Positions 8,515-18,059 of a stretch of 43,184 bases of DNA are shown in pieces (the stretch's first letter is position 1; each line of letters starts with the position of its first letter). The notes under the pieces were generated by a model. That model saw nothing but the letters and a program-made list of their open reading frames with translations, was not told the origin of the DNA and did no database searches. The translations under genes and the position numbers were made by a program. Origin of the DNA: Bacteroidia bacterium (GTDB taxonomy: Bacteria > Bacteroidota > Bacteroidia > UBA4408); the NCBI GenBank assembly GCA_044370375.1, contig JBILVQ010000002.1, positions 1-43,184 on the forward strand, written 5' to 3'.

Positions 8515-11208
8515 TCAGTTGTTATACAGTTTCAGCAGGTTAGGATTTTTTTCACCCTTTTTGATTTCTTCAATCAGCGTTGACAAATGTTTTTTTTCTG
8601 ATGAAACTTTTTCTATTTGTTTCTGCAAATTTTGATCTTCTTTGTTTTTCTCAGCAGCCATTTTGGCTTTTAATTCCCGCTCGCGGTTGGTAAACAATTC
8701 TTCCAAATTCCCTAGCTGGTTCAAGGCATTAAGTCGAATAAACCAAACACTGTTTTTTTTTGCAATTTCACTTAGAATTACAATGCCTTTATCAATGGTT
8801 TCATCGCTTCTACCCAGCAGGTATTTACCATAGAAGTTAACCAGGTCATACTGCTCAAAACCTTGAATTCTGCGGCAATTTTTCTCAAAAAATGGAGATT
8901 CTTTTTCGGTTCCACTTTGTGAATAAATTTCGGCAATGGTTTTAACCAATGAAATATTAGAATCCGCTTCAAGTCTTTTTGCTCTTTCAAAGCCTAAAAC
9001 AGGATCAAGTTCAAACAAATGACCAAGTGCTGTTGCCTGCACCGAGTAGGCTTTGTCTTCCAGAGAGGTTAAATTGGATTGCCATAACCATTCTTCTTTT
9101 TTGAAGTGTCGGTTAAGCATTTCCAAGGCTGTTTTTCTGATTTTTGGTTTTGGGTCATTTTGTGAAAGATTTAACAGCAAATTTTTTCCCTGAGAGGGAT
9201 TTTCAGAAAGCATGTACTCCAAACCACCAAGAGCCAAGTAGCGGATATCTTCATGTGAATCAGAAAGTGCTTTGGTAATGCATTTTTTAGCATCGTCTCC
9301 AATTTTATTTTCTTTAGCCGTAGGAATTAATTTCGTAATGGCTTCATACCTGGCGGTGTAAATTTTTGCATAATAGTATTGATCAATCCATGCTTTTTCC
9401 TCTTGTTGAACGGTTCTAGTTCCGGGCAGGTTCCATTCACCGTCAACCATCACGAACAATGGCGATCTGCCGGTTTTAAAAGAAAAAGTATTATTTTTTT
9501 TATTAATCCACACAGGGTGACTTTCTTTTTTATCGGCAAAAAACAGGTCAATTTGGGTGGGCAACTGATAAAGACCTGTTCCTGCATTTTCCTGCATTTG
9601 ATCTACCTGAACAACCACGGTTTTAGAACTGTCAATATATTGGTAACTGATGTTAAGGTCAGGGTGGCCTGCCATTTTGAACCATTGATCGAAAAACCAA
9701 TTCAAATCTTCTCCTGTAATTTCTTCAAAGGCAATCCTTAATTCTTCAATTTCTGCATTGTTAAAGGCATGTTTTTTTAAGTAGAAATTTAATGCCGAGA
9801 AGAAGGCTTTATCGCCAATATATTTTCTGAGATGATGTAAAATTAAACCACCTTTGGCATAGCTATGCGAATCAAACATGTCTTCTTCATTAACATAGTA
9901 TGGTCTAATTAAACTTACCTGTTTGGTTTTCGACTCGTTGAGATAGTTATCAAGATCTCCCAACCGATGACTCTCTGCTTTTTCGTTACCATATTCGTGT
10001 TCGAGCCATAAATATTCTCCATAGGTAGCAAAGGATTCATTAAGAGGTAGGTGACTCCAGCTTTCGCAGGTAACATAATTGCCAAACCAATGGTGGAAAA
10101 GTTCATGAGCAATGATGTCTTCTCCGTCTTCTTCCAAAAGTTCACGATCGTTGCGCTGTATGTTTTCTGCATGAACCGTTGCGGTAGTGTTTTCCATGGC
10201 TCCTGAAACATAATCCCTTACAACAATTTGCGCATATTTTTCCCAAGGAAACTCAATGCCCATTTTGTCGGAAAAGAAACTCATCATTTTAGGTGTTTTT
10301 CCAAAAATGAGTTTGGCATAACGCTCATATCCTGGTTCTACATAATAGGTTACGTCCTTTCCTTTCCAAGAATCTTTTACAATAGAAAAGTTTCCGGCTG
10401 CAATCATGGTTAAATAAGGGGCCGATGGTAAGCTTTGTTTCCAATAATCGGTTTTTGTTCCATCCTTATTTTCCTTGCTTTCAATCAGCAAACCATTCGA
10501 TAAGGTAACCATTGACTTATCAACTGTAAGATAAATTTCCTGAGTCATCCTTTGGTTAGTGGCTTCAAGGGTAGGAAACCACTTAGAATTATAATTCGTT
10601 TCTCCTTGCGACCATAATTGCCGGGGCTGATAGGGATTCAATTGTTGAGGATTAATAAAAAACAAGCCCTTGTCGGAGGTAATGGCATCACCATTATCTT
10701 CAACCAACGAAACAGGGTGTGCCAAATAATCAATGCCTACGGTTATGGTGTCTTTTTGCCTGCAAGTTTTGGATAGCTTAATGGCAATTTGTTTTTGATT
10801 GTAGGTGTAATTTGCTTTAACCGTATTTTTTTTGGTAATGAGGTAAACGTTTTTTATTTGAAACGATTGCGCATCCAGCCAAACAGAATCACAATCATAA
10901 AAGTGAGGAGTAAGGGTTATTTCTGCCCGCCCGTTAACTTCAGCGTTTTCCCAATTAGGAGTTATGAACAATTTGGTATGAACCAGGTTCATAGTTTTTT
11001 TTGCTGTTGGATGGTAGGTGGGAACAGGCTCCTGATAAGCCAACAGTGTGGAATCTATTACCTGTTGTTTTAAACTCTCCTGATTTCTGCGAGAGGCTGT
11101 TCTACAGGAATAGTGAAACGAAATTAATGCAAGGGCAAAGCCTGATACAAGAAAAAACTTATACGAAGTTGTTGCGGAAGAAAAATTTCTAAATGCTGTA
11201 GGCAGCAT
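8515..11208 (-). CDS. pepN: M1 family aminopeptidase N with a C-terminal HEAT-like/coiled-coil extension
   Basis: GAMEN exopeptidase motif and the HELFHHWFG...LNESFA zinc site (HExxH-x18-E). The ORF is open to 11328, but that start overlaps slyD and lies upstream of a -7 box. I prefer ATG 11208 (MLPTAFRNF..., followed by a hydrophobic anchor FFLVSGFALALISF). Confidence 0.88.
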   Translation of the reverse strand: MLPTAFRNFSSATTSYKFFLVSGFALALISFHYSCRTASRRNQESLKQQVIDSTLLAYQEPVPTYHPTAKKTMNLVHTKLFITPNWENAEVNGRAEITLTPHFYDCDSVWLDAQSFQIKNVYLITKKNTVKANYTYNQKQIAIKLSKTCRQKDTITVGIDYLAHPVSLVEDNGDAITSDKGLFFINPQQLNPYQPRQLWSQGETNYNSKWFPTLEATNQRMTQEIYLTVDKSMVTLSNGLLIESKENKDGTKTDYWKQSLPSAPYLTMIAAGNFSIVKDSWKGKDVTYYVEPGYERYAKLIFGKTPKMMSFFSDKMGIEFPWEKYAQIVVRDYVSGAMENTTATVHAENIQRNDRELLEEDGEDIIAHELFHHWFGNYVTCESWSHLPLNESFATYGEYLWLEHEYGNEKAESHRLGDLDNYLNESKTKQVSLIRPYYVNEEDMFDSHSYAKGGLILHHLRKYIGDKAFFSALNFYLKKHAFNNAEIEELRIAFEEITGEDLNWFFDQWFKMAGHPDLNISYQYIDSSKTVVVQVDQMQENAGTGLYQLPTQIDLFFADKKESHPVWINKKNNTFSFKTGRSPLFVMVDGEWNLPGTRTVQQEEKAWIDQYYYAKIYTARYEAITKLIPTAKENKIGDDAKKCITKALSDSHEDIRYLALGGLEYMLSENPSQGKNLLLNLSQNDPKPKIRKTALEMLNRHFKKEEWLWQSNLTSLEDKAYSVQATALGHLFELDPVLGFERAKRLEADSNISLVKTIAEIYSQSGTEKESPFFEKNCRRIQGFEQYDLVNFYGKYLLGRSDETIDKGIVILSEIAKKNSVWFIRLNALNQLGNLEELFTNRERELKAKMAAEKNKEDQNLQKQIEKVSSEKKHLSTLIEEIKKGEKNPNLLKLYNN

Positions 11209-11234
11209 TGTAGGCTTTTGGGTTAATAATGCTT

Positions 11235-11242
11235 CAAATTTA
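11235..11242 (-). promoter_or_regulatory. Candidate -7 promoter box for pepN
   Basis: Plus-strand caaattta equals TAAATTTG on the minus strand, 27 nt upstream of ATG 11208. It lies inside the over-extended ORF-track N-terminus. Confidence 0.35.
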
Positions 11243-11320
11243 GGAAATTTTCGTACCTTTAGCCGAATTTTTTTCAGCCGCTTTTTATTTTTCAGGCTGT
11301 TTACCATTAAAACGCAAAGT

Positions 11321-11839
11321 ATGATCATTCAAAACGAAAAAGTAGTGTCTGTTAACTACACCTTAAGGGTAAACAGCAGCATTGGAGAAGAGGAAGAGTT
11401 GGTAGAGCAAACTACCCCGGGCAATCCATTTGTTTTTTTATTTGGAGGAGGCGGCCTGCTCGAATCCTTTGAAGCCAACCTGAATGGCCTTAAAGTAGGC
11501 GATTCCTTTGATTTCTTTATTGAATCCAATGAGGGTTATGGCCCTAAACACAATGATCATATTGTTCAAATTCCAAGAAGTGCTTTTTTAGATGAAAAAG
11601 GGCATTTTGATGATGAAATGATTGCTGAAGGTAATATTTTGCCCATGACCGATCATGAAGGAAATCAGTTGCAAGGACTCGTGGAGGAAGTTACTTCTGA
11701 ATTCGTGAAAATGGATTTTAATCACCCCTTGGCCGGCAAAAATCTTCATTTTATTGGTTCTGTACTCAGTATAAGAGATGCATCTGCCGAAGAACTTGAT
11801 CATGGACATGTTCACGGAGAAGGAGGACATCATCACTAG
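11321..11839 (+). CDS. slyD: FKBP-type peptidyl-prolyl cis-trans isomerase SlyD with a His-rich tail
   Basis: 172 aa with an FKBP core interrupted by an insert-in-flap region (NHPLAGKNLHF). The C-terminal tail DHGHVHGEGGHHH is metal-binding in type. Confidence 0.88.
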   Translation: MIIQNEKVVSVNYTLRVNSSIGEEEELVEQTTPGNPFVFLFGGGGLLESFEANLNGLKVGDSFDFFIESNEGYGPKHNDHIVQIPRSAFLDEKGHFDDEMIAEGNILPMTDHEGNQLQGLVEEVTSEFVKMDFNHPLAGKNLHFIGSVLSIRDASAEELDHGHVHGEGGHHH

Positions 11840-11917
11840 GCTAAAGTTCAGGGTTTTGCCTCCTGATCAAAACAATTCCGCATTCTTTCCGTTTATAAGG
11901 TTTAATTTTCTTTTCCA

Positions 11918-13846
11918 ATGGAAATAAAAGCAGGACCACTTCTGGATAAAATCATCACCCCCGAAGACCTAAAAAGGTTTTCAGAGGATGAATTATTACA
12001 AATCTGTACCGAATTACGTCAATTTATTATTGATGTGGTCTCTACCAAAGGTGGTCACTTTGGTGCGAGCTTAGGCGTGGTGGAGTTAACGGTTGCTCTT
12101 CATTATGTTTTTAATACACCTTACGATCAACTGGTTTGGGATGTCGGGCATCAGGCGTATGGGCACAAAATTTTAACCGGAAGAAGGAGTGTTTTTCATA
12201 CCAATCGGCTTTACAAAGGAATTTCCGGTTTCCCGAAAAGAAGCGAAAGCCCCTTCGATACTTTTGGAGTAGGACATTCTTCTACCTCCATTTCCGCAGC
12301 CCTCGGTATGGCTGTAGCTTCCAGTTATAAAAAAGAAACCGATCGTCAGCATATTGCCGTTATCGGTGATGGTGCAATGACAGCAGGCCTTGCTTTTGAA
12401 GGACTGAATCATGCCGGGGTAGAAAATTCTAATCTGCTGGTTATCCTTAACGATAATTGCATGTCCATTGACCCCAATGTAGGGGCACTCAAAGAATATC
12501 TTACTGATATTACAACATCGCATACCTACAACAAGGTTAAAGATGAGGTTTGGAAATTGCTTGGAAAAATTAGCAAATTCGGACCGAATGCGCAGGAAAT
12601 AGCAAGTAAAATTGAAAATGGAATCAAAACAACCATGCTGCGCCAGAGCAATCTGTTTGAGTCCCTTAAATTCAGGTATTTTGGCCCGGTTGATGGCCAT
12701 GATGTAAATCGCCTTGTAAAGGTGATGCAGGACTTAAAAGATATTCCGGGTCCTAAAATTCTACATTGCCTTACCGTTAAGGGAAAAGGATATAAATTTT
12801 CGGAGGAAGGCAACCAAACAGTTTGGCACGCTCCGGGTCTTTTCAATAAAGAAACCGGCGAGATTGTTAAAGTGGTCTCCGGTAACCCACAACCGCCTAA
12901 ATATCAGGATGTATTCGGACATACCATTGTTGAATTAGCCGAAAAGAATAAAAAAATAATGGGGATTACCCCGGCCATGCCTTCCGGTTGCTCTCTTAAC
13001 ATCATGATGAAAGCTATGCCTGACCGAGCTTTTGATGTAGGAATTGCCGAACAACATGCTGTAACTTTTTCTGCCGGATTAGCCACACAGGGCTTGCTTC
13101 CATTTTGCAATATCTATTCCTCCTTTATGCAAAGGGCCTACGATCAGGTGGTTCATGATGTGGCCTTACAAAATTTAAATGTAGTTTTCTGTCTCGACAG
13201 AGGCGGATTGGCCGGTGCAGACGGTCCAACGCATCATGGCGCCTATGATCTTGCTTATTTCAGGTGCATTCCAAATATGGTAGTTTCTGCGCCCATGAAT
13301 GAGGAAGAACTCCGAAATCTCATGTACACTGCACAATTGGAAAACAAAGGTGCTTTTGTTATTCGCTACCCACGCGGAAATGGCGTAATGACGGAATGGA
13401 AAACACCCATGAAAGAAATTACCATTGGTACCGGTCGAAAACTTATGGATGGAAACGATATCGCCATTCTAACCATTGGCCATATTGGGAACATTGCTGC
13501 AAATGCTGTTTCGCGACTCAAAGACAAAGGAATTGAAGCTGCACATTATGATATGCGTTTCGCCAAGCCCATTGATGAGTTAATTCTTCATGAGGTTTTT
13601 TCTAAGTTTTCTAAAGTAATTACGGTAGAAGATGGTTGCATTATTGGTGGTATGGGCTCTGCAGTTGTAGAATTTATGGCCGAAAATGGCTATGCTGCTC
13701 AAGTGAAAAGATTAGGAATTCCCGACCAATTTATTGAGCATGGAGATCAGTTACAACTGTACGATGAGTGTGGTTTTGGCGAAGATGGAATCTTCAACAC
13801 TGCTCTTGAAATGGTGGCCTTGAAGTCAGATATTCTTGCCGGATAA
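11918..13846 (+). CDS. dxs: 1-deoxy-D-xylulose-5-phosphate synthase
   Basis: 642 aa with [21 protein letters not shown], the DVGHQAY motif, the ThDP-binding [18 protein letters not shown] motif and a transketolase-like C-terminal domain. Confidence 0.97.
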   Translation: MEIKAGPLLDKIITPEDLKRFSEDELLQICTELRQFIIDVVSTKGGHFGASLGVVELTVALHYVFNTPYDQLVWDVGHQAYGHKILTGRRSVFHTNRLYKGISGFPKRSESPFDTFGVGHSSTSISAALGMAVASSYKKETDRQHIAVIGDGAMTAGLAFEGLNHAGVENSNLLVILNDNCMSIDPNVGALKEYLTDITTSHTYNKVKDEVWKLLGKISKFGPNAQEIASKIENGIKTTMLRQSNLFESLKFRYFGPVDGHDVNRLVKVMQDLKDIPGPKILHCLTVKGKGYKFSEEGNQTVWHAPGLFNKETGEIVKVVSGNPQPPKYQDVFGHTIVELAEKNKKIMGITPAMPSGCSLNIMMKAMPDRAFDVGIAEQHAVTFSAGLATQGLLPFCNIYSSFMQRAYDQVVHDVALQNLNVVFCLDRGGLAGADGPTHHGAYDLAYFRCIPNMVVSAPMNEEELRNLMYTAQLENKGAFVIRYPRGNGVMTEWKTPMKEITIGTGRKLMDGNDIAILTIGHIGNIAANAVSRLKDKGIEAAHYDMRFAKPIDELILHEVFSKFSKVITVEDGCIIGGMGSAVVEFMAENGYAAQVKRLGIPDQFIEHGDQLQLYDECGFGEDGIFNTALEMVALKSDILAG

Positions 13847-13861
13847 AAATCTGGTATCCTC

Positions 13862-13901
13862 AAAAAAAAAACATCGCAAATTAACTGCGATGTTTTTTTT
13901 T
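13862..13901. terminator. Bidirectional rho-independent terminator
   Basis: An A10 run is followed by the stem acatcgca (13871-13878) pairing with tgcgatgt (13886-13893), then a T9 run. It lies between convergent dxs and the 786-aa gene. Confidence 0.85.
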
Positions 13902-13919
13902 GTCATTCAAATCTTGATT

Positions 13920-16280
13920 TCAATTTTTTTTCGGGGTCGAGGTGAAGAGACTCCGTAAATTATTTTCAAAAATTACCAAGAGTATGAAAGCGATTAGCAT
14001 TAAACCAACCAGTAGATTCATTGTAGGAGGAATGTTTGGGTCATGGTCATCATCGTTGCCAACCAAAGGGATTGCTCCCTGTTCTGTTTCCTCCTGAATG
14101 ACTTTAGGATTGAATTGGTTTTGATGATAATAAGAACCAAATTGTGATGTTTTCCAACCTGTAAGTTTTGCCAGGTTGATCAACTCATTTCTTTTTCTGA
14201 TTTTTAATTCTGAAAGATATTGCTGGCCATCTGCACAACTTAGATTCCCTGTGGCAGGGTGATGAATTACATACCTTGCCTGAAAATTTTCCCTATTGCT
14301 TGTTTCTTGAAATAACAAGTCTTGCGGAAAATAATCATAAGCATATCGTACATGCAACCTTGTAAAGAATACACCGGAATTTGATTGTATTCTCTGGCCC
14401 TGATTATTTACTCCTGCCAACCATTGTACACCTGCCTGTGCAAGTTCCTGTGTCATTGGAGGATCGCCAACACAAGGGTCGCATTTAATACCAAAGTTGG
14501 GTGTTACATCCCATGCATATTCAAGAAAAACTGAATTTTTGTATTGTTTATTGTGTTCTCTTTTAAACAATGAGGAATAAAAGTTATCGAAATGGTGTTG
14601 AACAAAAAGTGGAATTTCAAGGTTGCTTGGAACTTTCTTGGTCTGATAATTAATCGTTTCTATTCTACCTGCTGGAGAAAAAGCATATACAATCATATCC
14701 TGTTCTCCTTTGCTATTGGCCATTCCTAGGCGAATGGGCAGCATAAATTTCGGAGAGTTAAAGGAGATTTGAATGGGTCTTAATTCAATGGTTTCTCCTT
14801 GCTTGTAACCCGGTACTTTTGCCAGGTTAACTTTAACAACAAAGAATTTCATATTGCTTTTGATGTAGGGAGCAAGAACGCGTTCTGCACTTTCAGGAAT
14901 TTTATATCCGTTTTGGGTGAGCCAGATTTTTAATCCGTTGCTTTCTTTGGCAGACAATACAAGAATATTGTATTCTTCCACTTCGTATTGGGCTTCAATG
15001 GTAACCCCAAGTCTTTTTGTGAATTTTGTTTCTTTCAAGACAACACTTTTTTCCGCCTTTCCCATGGAAGATGAGGAAACCATATCCTCGTACACCCTAA
15101 TTTCACATGGGTTTTCATCATAATATGCAGCAAGCCTCGGTGCCGAATAATCATCCAGTTTTTGAAACAAAGATGGTTCAACAATTCTGATATCATTCCT
15201 TTTTATAATGGTAGGTACAGGAACCACCATGGCAAAATCTTTTACATCACCTTTGAAATCGCTGTTCATTGTTACGCAAGTATTTTCGCCATTTCGGACC
15301 AGAATAACCTCCGATTTATTATTCCATAACCCGCTTCCTGCTTTGCTCACATAGAAGCCACAAAAGGCAAATCCTTGTTGGTTTATAAAGGTGAAAGCAA
15401 CAATCATAACGCCAATACTTATTTTTTGTATAGATAAAATATGCCTGTTTCTGCTTTGAACGGCCGGTGCCTTAAACCATTCAAACTGTTCTGCAGGGAA
15501 TATTTTGTTGAGTACTGGTGTAAGGAGCGAAAAGAAAAACAAGCAGTACAAGGGGGCGGTATGGATAAACAAGTAGCTCTGTCCATAAAAACTGCTAATA
15601 CCAATGCATGAAGCCCAGATAATTCTAACCACTTTATTTCTTGGAGTTGATACAGGGTCTGTGATCATGAAGAATGTAAAAAGAAGCAATGAACCGGTTG
15701 TATATTTATGCAACAAGACCATAGGTTCCCATTCTAAATGAAACAGTATCCTATAAGTGTCGAGCCCAAGCAAGGTGATAAGAAAGGCAATGGCAGTATC
15801 GAGTCTTCCTGCTTTGGTAATCACCATTAATCCGGGTATGCCTATCATTAATGGCCATGCCTCTTTCACGCCCCATTGGCCCGGAGATATCCAGCCGTCT
15901 TTATAGAACAATAGCATAATGATGATGCCGAAGTTTGCCGGATTAATAAAATGCCGCTGTTTGTCTCTAAGAAAAAATTTAGAACCCACCGCAATAATTG
16001 CAACCAATACAAAGGTAAATGGCTCATTGGCGCGAAAAAGTATACTCAGGGATAGAGCAGTAATCAGCGCACTTTTTAAACCGCTAACCTGTTCTCGTTT
16101 TAACCAGTATTTTTCGAAGAACCATTGGGTTAGCAGTGAAACTGAAATCACAATGGGAATTCTGATTAAATTGTCTGACCAACCCAGCCATAGTAGTCCG
16201 GTGCTCAGGAAAAGGGTTAAAAATAGTAACTGATGATCACGTGCATCAGCAAAGGGACGAGGGTTTGAAACAGCTTGCAT
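13920..16280 (-). CDS. Fusion protein with an N-terminal NqrB/RnfD-like polytopic membrane domain, a DUF2330 domain and a C-terminal TM anchor
   Basis: 786 aa in a single uninterrupted frame. The first ~300 residues are multi-TM and carry NqrB/RnfD signatures: HFINPANFGIIIMLL (compare NPFNPAM.G) and TFFMITDPVSTP (compare FFIATDPV). Downstream, ..AFCGFYVSK...DFAMVVPVP.. matches my recollection of the DUF2330 N-terminus. The protein ends with a TM helix (LLVGLMLIAFILLVIF). Confidence 0.7.
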   Translation of the reverse strand: MQAVSNPRPFADARDHQLLFLTLFLSTGLLWLGWSDNLIRIPIVISVSLLTQWFFEKYWLKREQVSGLKSALITALSLSILFRANEPFTFVLVAIIAVGSKFFLRDKQRHFINPANFGIIIMLLFYKDGWISPGQWGVKEAWPLMIGIPGLMVITKAGRLDTAIAFLITLLGLDTYRILFHLEWEPMVLLHKYTTGSLLLFTFFMITDPVSTPRNKVVRIIWASCIGISSFYGQSYLFIHTAPLYCLFFFSLLTPVLNKIFPAEQFEWFKAPAVQSRNRHILSIQKISIGVMIVAFTFINQQGFAFCGFYVSKAGSGLWNNKSEVILVRNGENTCVTMNSDFKGDVKDFAMVVPVPTIIKRNDIRIVEPSLFQKLDDYSAPRLAAYYDENPCEIRVYEDMVSSSSMGKAEKSVVLKETKFTKRLGVTIEAQYEVEEYNILVLSAKESNGLKIWLTQNGYKIPESAERVLAPYIKSNMKFFVVKVNLAKVPGYKQGETIELRPIQISFNSPKFMLPIRLGMANSKGEQDMIVYAFSPAGRIETINYQTKKVPSNLEIPLFVQHHFDNFYSSLFKREHNKQYKNSVFLEYAWDVTPNFGIKCDPCVGDPPMTQELAQAGVQWLAGVNNQGQRIQSNSGVFFTRLHVRYAYDYFPQDLLFQETSNRENFQARYVIHHPATGNLSCADGQQYLSELKIRKRNELINLAKLTGWKTSQFGSYYHQNQFNPKVIQEETEQGAIPLVGNDDDHDPNIPPTMNLLVGLMLIAFILLVIFENNLRSLFTSTPKKN

Positions 16281-16281
16281 A

Positions 16282-16308
16282 ATGAATAGGTTTTATTTTC
16301 CTATTCAT
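16282..16308 (-). promoter_or_regulatory. Perfect 9-bp hairpin abutting the start codon of the 786-aa gene
   Basis: atgaatagg (16282-16290) and cctattcat (16300-16308) are exact reverse complements separated by a 9-nt loop. On the mRNA the hairpin ends 1 nt before AUG 16280. Confidence 0.3.
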
Positions 16309-16342
16309 GGATGCAGCGCCAATCAAAATTCCATAAGGCCTT

Positions 16343-16984
16343 TTAAAATTTTACAAAAGGGTTGTGTATTTTTTCTTCACCGATGGTGGTAGGATCCCCG
16401 TGTCCGCAATAAACTTTGGTGTGATCGGGTAGGGTATAAAGCTTTGATAAAATAGAGCGTTCCAACGTTTTGAAGTCACCTCCGGGCAAATCAGTTCTTC
16501 CGATGCTTCGGTTAAACAATACATCTCCTCCGATGAGAAAGTTTTCCTTTTCTGCATATAAACTAAGGCTGCCGGCAGAATGACCCGGAGTAAAAAGAAT
16601 TTTTAAAGAAGAATTTCCAAATGACAAAAGTTGCGGCTCATTCAAATGATGCAAGGCCTTTGGAGAGGAATGGTAGGGTATACCATACATTTGGGCAACG
16701 CTTTCTCCCATGGCTAAATTAGCCTCTTCTTCTGGATGGTAAACCGGATGAAGGCCATACGTTTTATGAACAAAGGCGTTGCCAAGAATATGGTCAATAT
16801 GGCAATGGGTGTTAAAGAGAAGGATGGGTTTTAAATTATTTTTTTCAATAAAACTTTTCAGTTCATTTTCTTCTCGGGTTCCGCTACAACCCGGATCGAT
16901 TATAATACATTGCAATGTTTCATCGTATAGCAAAAAGGTATTTTCACTAAAGGGATTAAAAGTGAAGGATTGAACGGTAATCAT
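16343..16984 (-). CDS. MBL-fold metallo-hydrolase (glyoxalase II-like)
   Basis: 213 aa with the HxHxDH motif (THCHIDH), downstream conserved His and Asp residues (TPGHSAGS, GGDVLF) and a terminal CGHG. Confidence 0.85.
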   Translation of the reverse strand: MITVQSFTFNPFSENTFLLYDETLQCIIIDPGCSGTREENELKSFIEKNNLKPILLFNTHCHIDHILGNAFVHKTYGLHPVYHPEEEANLAMGESVAQMYGIPYHSSPKALHHLNEPQLLSFGNSSLKILFTPGHSAGSLSLYAEKENFLIGGDVLFNRSIGRTDLPGGDFKTLERSILSKLYTLPDHTKVYCGHGDPTTIGEEKIHNPFVKF

Positions 16985-16985
16985 T

Positions 16986-17951
16986 TTAAATTATTCCCTC
17001 TTTTATTAAATCGTGCATATGAACAAAGCCTGAAAAATTTCCGTTTTGAAGGACCAGAAGCTGCATAATATTGTTTTGTTGCATTTGTAACAAAGCTTCG
17101 GCTGCTAATTCTTCTCCTTCTATCATTTTTGGTTGGGGATTCATAATTTGGAAGGCCTTGATTTCATTGATAGAATCTGATTTTTCCAACGACCGCCGGA
17201 TATCACCATCTGTAATAATTCCAACCAATTTACCTGAATGGAAAACAGCTGTTGCCCCTAATCTTTTTGATGATATTTCAAGAATCACTTTTTTAAGTGA
17301 ATCCTCATAATCTACCACCGGAATTTCATTGTTTCTAGATATCTCGTTAACCCTTAGGTATAATTTTTTTCCCAAAGTTCCACCGGGATGATACTTTGCA
17401 AAGTCTTGCCGAGAGAAACCCTTTTCTAAAAGTACACAAACAGCAAGTGCATCGCCCATCGCTAATTGGGCAGTGGTGCTGCTGGTAGGAGCGAGGTTGT
17501 TTGGACATGCTTCTTTTTCTACCGATGTGTTCAGCACGTAATCTGCATTCAAGGCTAAAAAGGATTCAGTATTGCCTACAATAGCAATCAATGGATTTCC
17601 TCCCGATTTCAGCAAGGGAACAATTACTTTAATTTCAGGGGTGTTTCCACTTTTGCTTAGGCAAATTACCACATCATCTTTTGTTATGGTACCCAAATCA
17701 CCATGAATGGCATCAGCAGCATGCATAAAAACCGACGGACTACCAGTAGAGTTAAGAGTGGCCGCTATTTTTTGAGCAATAATGGCACTTTTCCCAATTC
17801 CAGTTAAGACAACCCTACCGGTGGTATTTTTGATGATTTCAACCGACTTAACAAAATTTACGTCAAGGGCAGGAATCATATCCAGAATACTTTGTGCCTC
17901 TATTTCAAAGGTTTGTCGGGCGTTTTCTAATATGTCAGCGAATTTTTCCAA
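16986..17951 (-). CDS. kdsD: Arabinose-5-phosphate isomerase (KpsF/GutQ/KdsD family, SIS plus tandem CBS domains)
   Basis: SIS domain ([23 protein letters not shown]), then GDALA, then two CBS motifs. The ORF is open to ATG 18053, but that start lies upstream of a candidate -7 box and adds an atypical ~33-aa extension. TTG 17951 ([11 protein letters not shown]...) gives a family-typical ~321 aa. The start remains uncertain. Confidence 0.82.
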   Translation of the reverse strand: MEKFADILENARQTFEIEAQSILDMIPALDVNFVKSVEIIKNTTGRVVLTGIGKSAIIAQKIAATLNSTGSPSVFMHAADAIHGDLGTITKDDVVICLSKSGNTPEIKVIVPLLKSGGNPLIAIVGNTESFLALNADYVLNTSVEKEACPNNLAPTSSTTAQLAMGDALAVCVLLEKGFSRQDFAKYHPGGTLGKKLYLRVNEISRNNEIPVVDYEDSLKKVILEISSKRLGATAVFHSGKLVGIITDGDIRRSLEKSDSINEIKAFQIMNPQPKMIEGEELAAEALLQMQQNNIMQLLVLQNGNFSGFVHMHDLIKEGII

Positions 17952-18012
17952 AAAGATGGTTTTTTTAAGTGTTTTCCTTTTGCAAATGACAAAGTAAACG
18001 GAAAATTTGTTA

Positions 18013-18020
18013 TATCTTTG
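18013..18020 (+). promoter_or_regulatory. Candidate -7 promoter box for recQ
   Basis: Exact tatctttg (TAnnTTTG), 40 nt upstream of ATG 18060. Confidence 0.35.
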
Positions 18021-18025
18021 AAAAG

Positions 18026-18033
18026 CAAATTTA
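18026..18033 (-). promoter_or_regulatory. Candidate -7 promoter box for kdsD
   Basis: Plus-strand caaattta equals TAAATTTG on the minus strand. It lies downstream of the ORF-track ATG 18053 and about 75 nt upstream of TTG 17951. Confidence 0.3.
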
Positions 18034-18059
18034 TTACTAAAAAACCAAGACAAAAAAAG

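Noticed and set aside
11209-11328. ORF-track N-terminal extensions: pepN to 11328, T9SS cargo A to 32145, kdsD to 18053, recQ from 18018, lpxD from 41405, kynU from 39411 and the small ORF from 26178.
   Set aside because: The extensions overlap divergent genes, terminator T-runs or candidate -7 boxes. They encode Lys- or Phe-rich low-complexity sequence. Internal starts give family-typical N-termini or signal peptides.
11840-11917. Possible TPP riboswitch upstream of dxs.
   Set aside because: The spacer is only 78 nt and lacks the universally conserved CUGAGA element. Only a weak 6-bp hairpin (gttttg/caaaac) is present.
12173-12700. A 175-aa ORF antisense to dxs. Similar long antisense ORFs occur at 21857..22315 opposite tonB, 24089..24580 opposite mscS, 29785..30168 opposite the kinase, 9379..9741 opposite pepN and 3974..4342 opposite the GT2 gene.
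   Set aside because: Each lies entirely inside, and opposite to, a gene with unmistakable family motifs. Their translations are low-complexity with no recognisable domains. I treat them as shadow ORFs.
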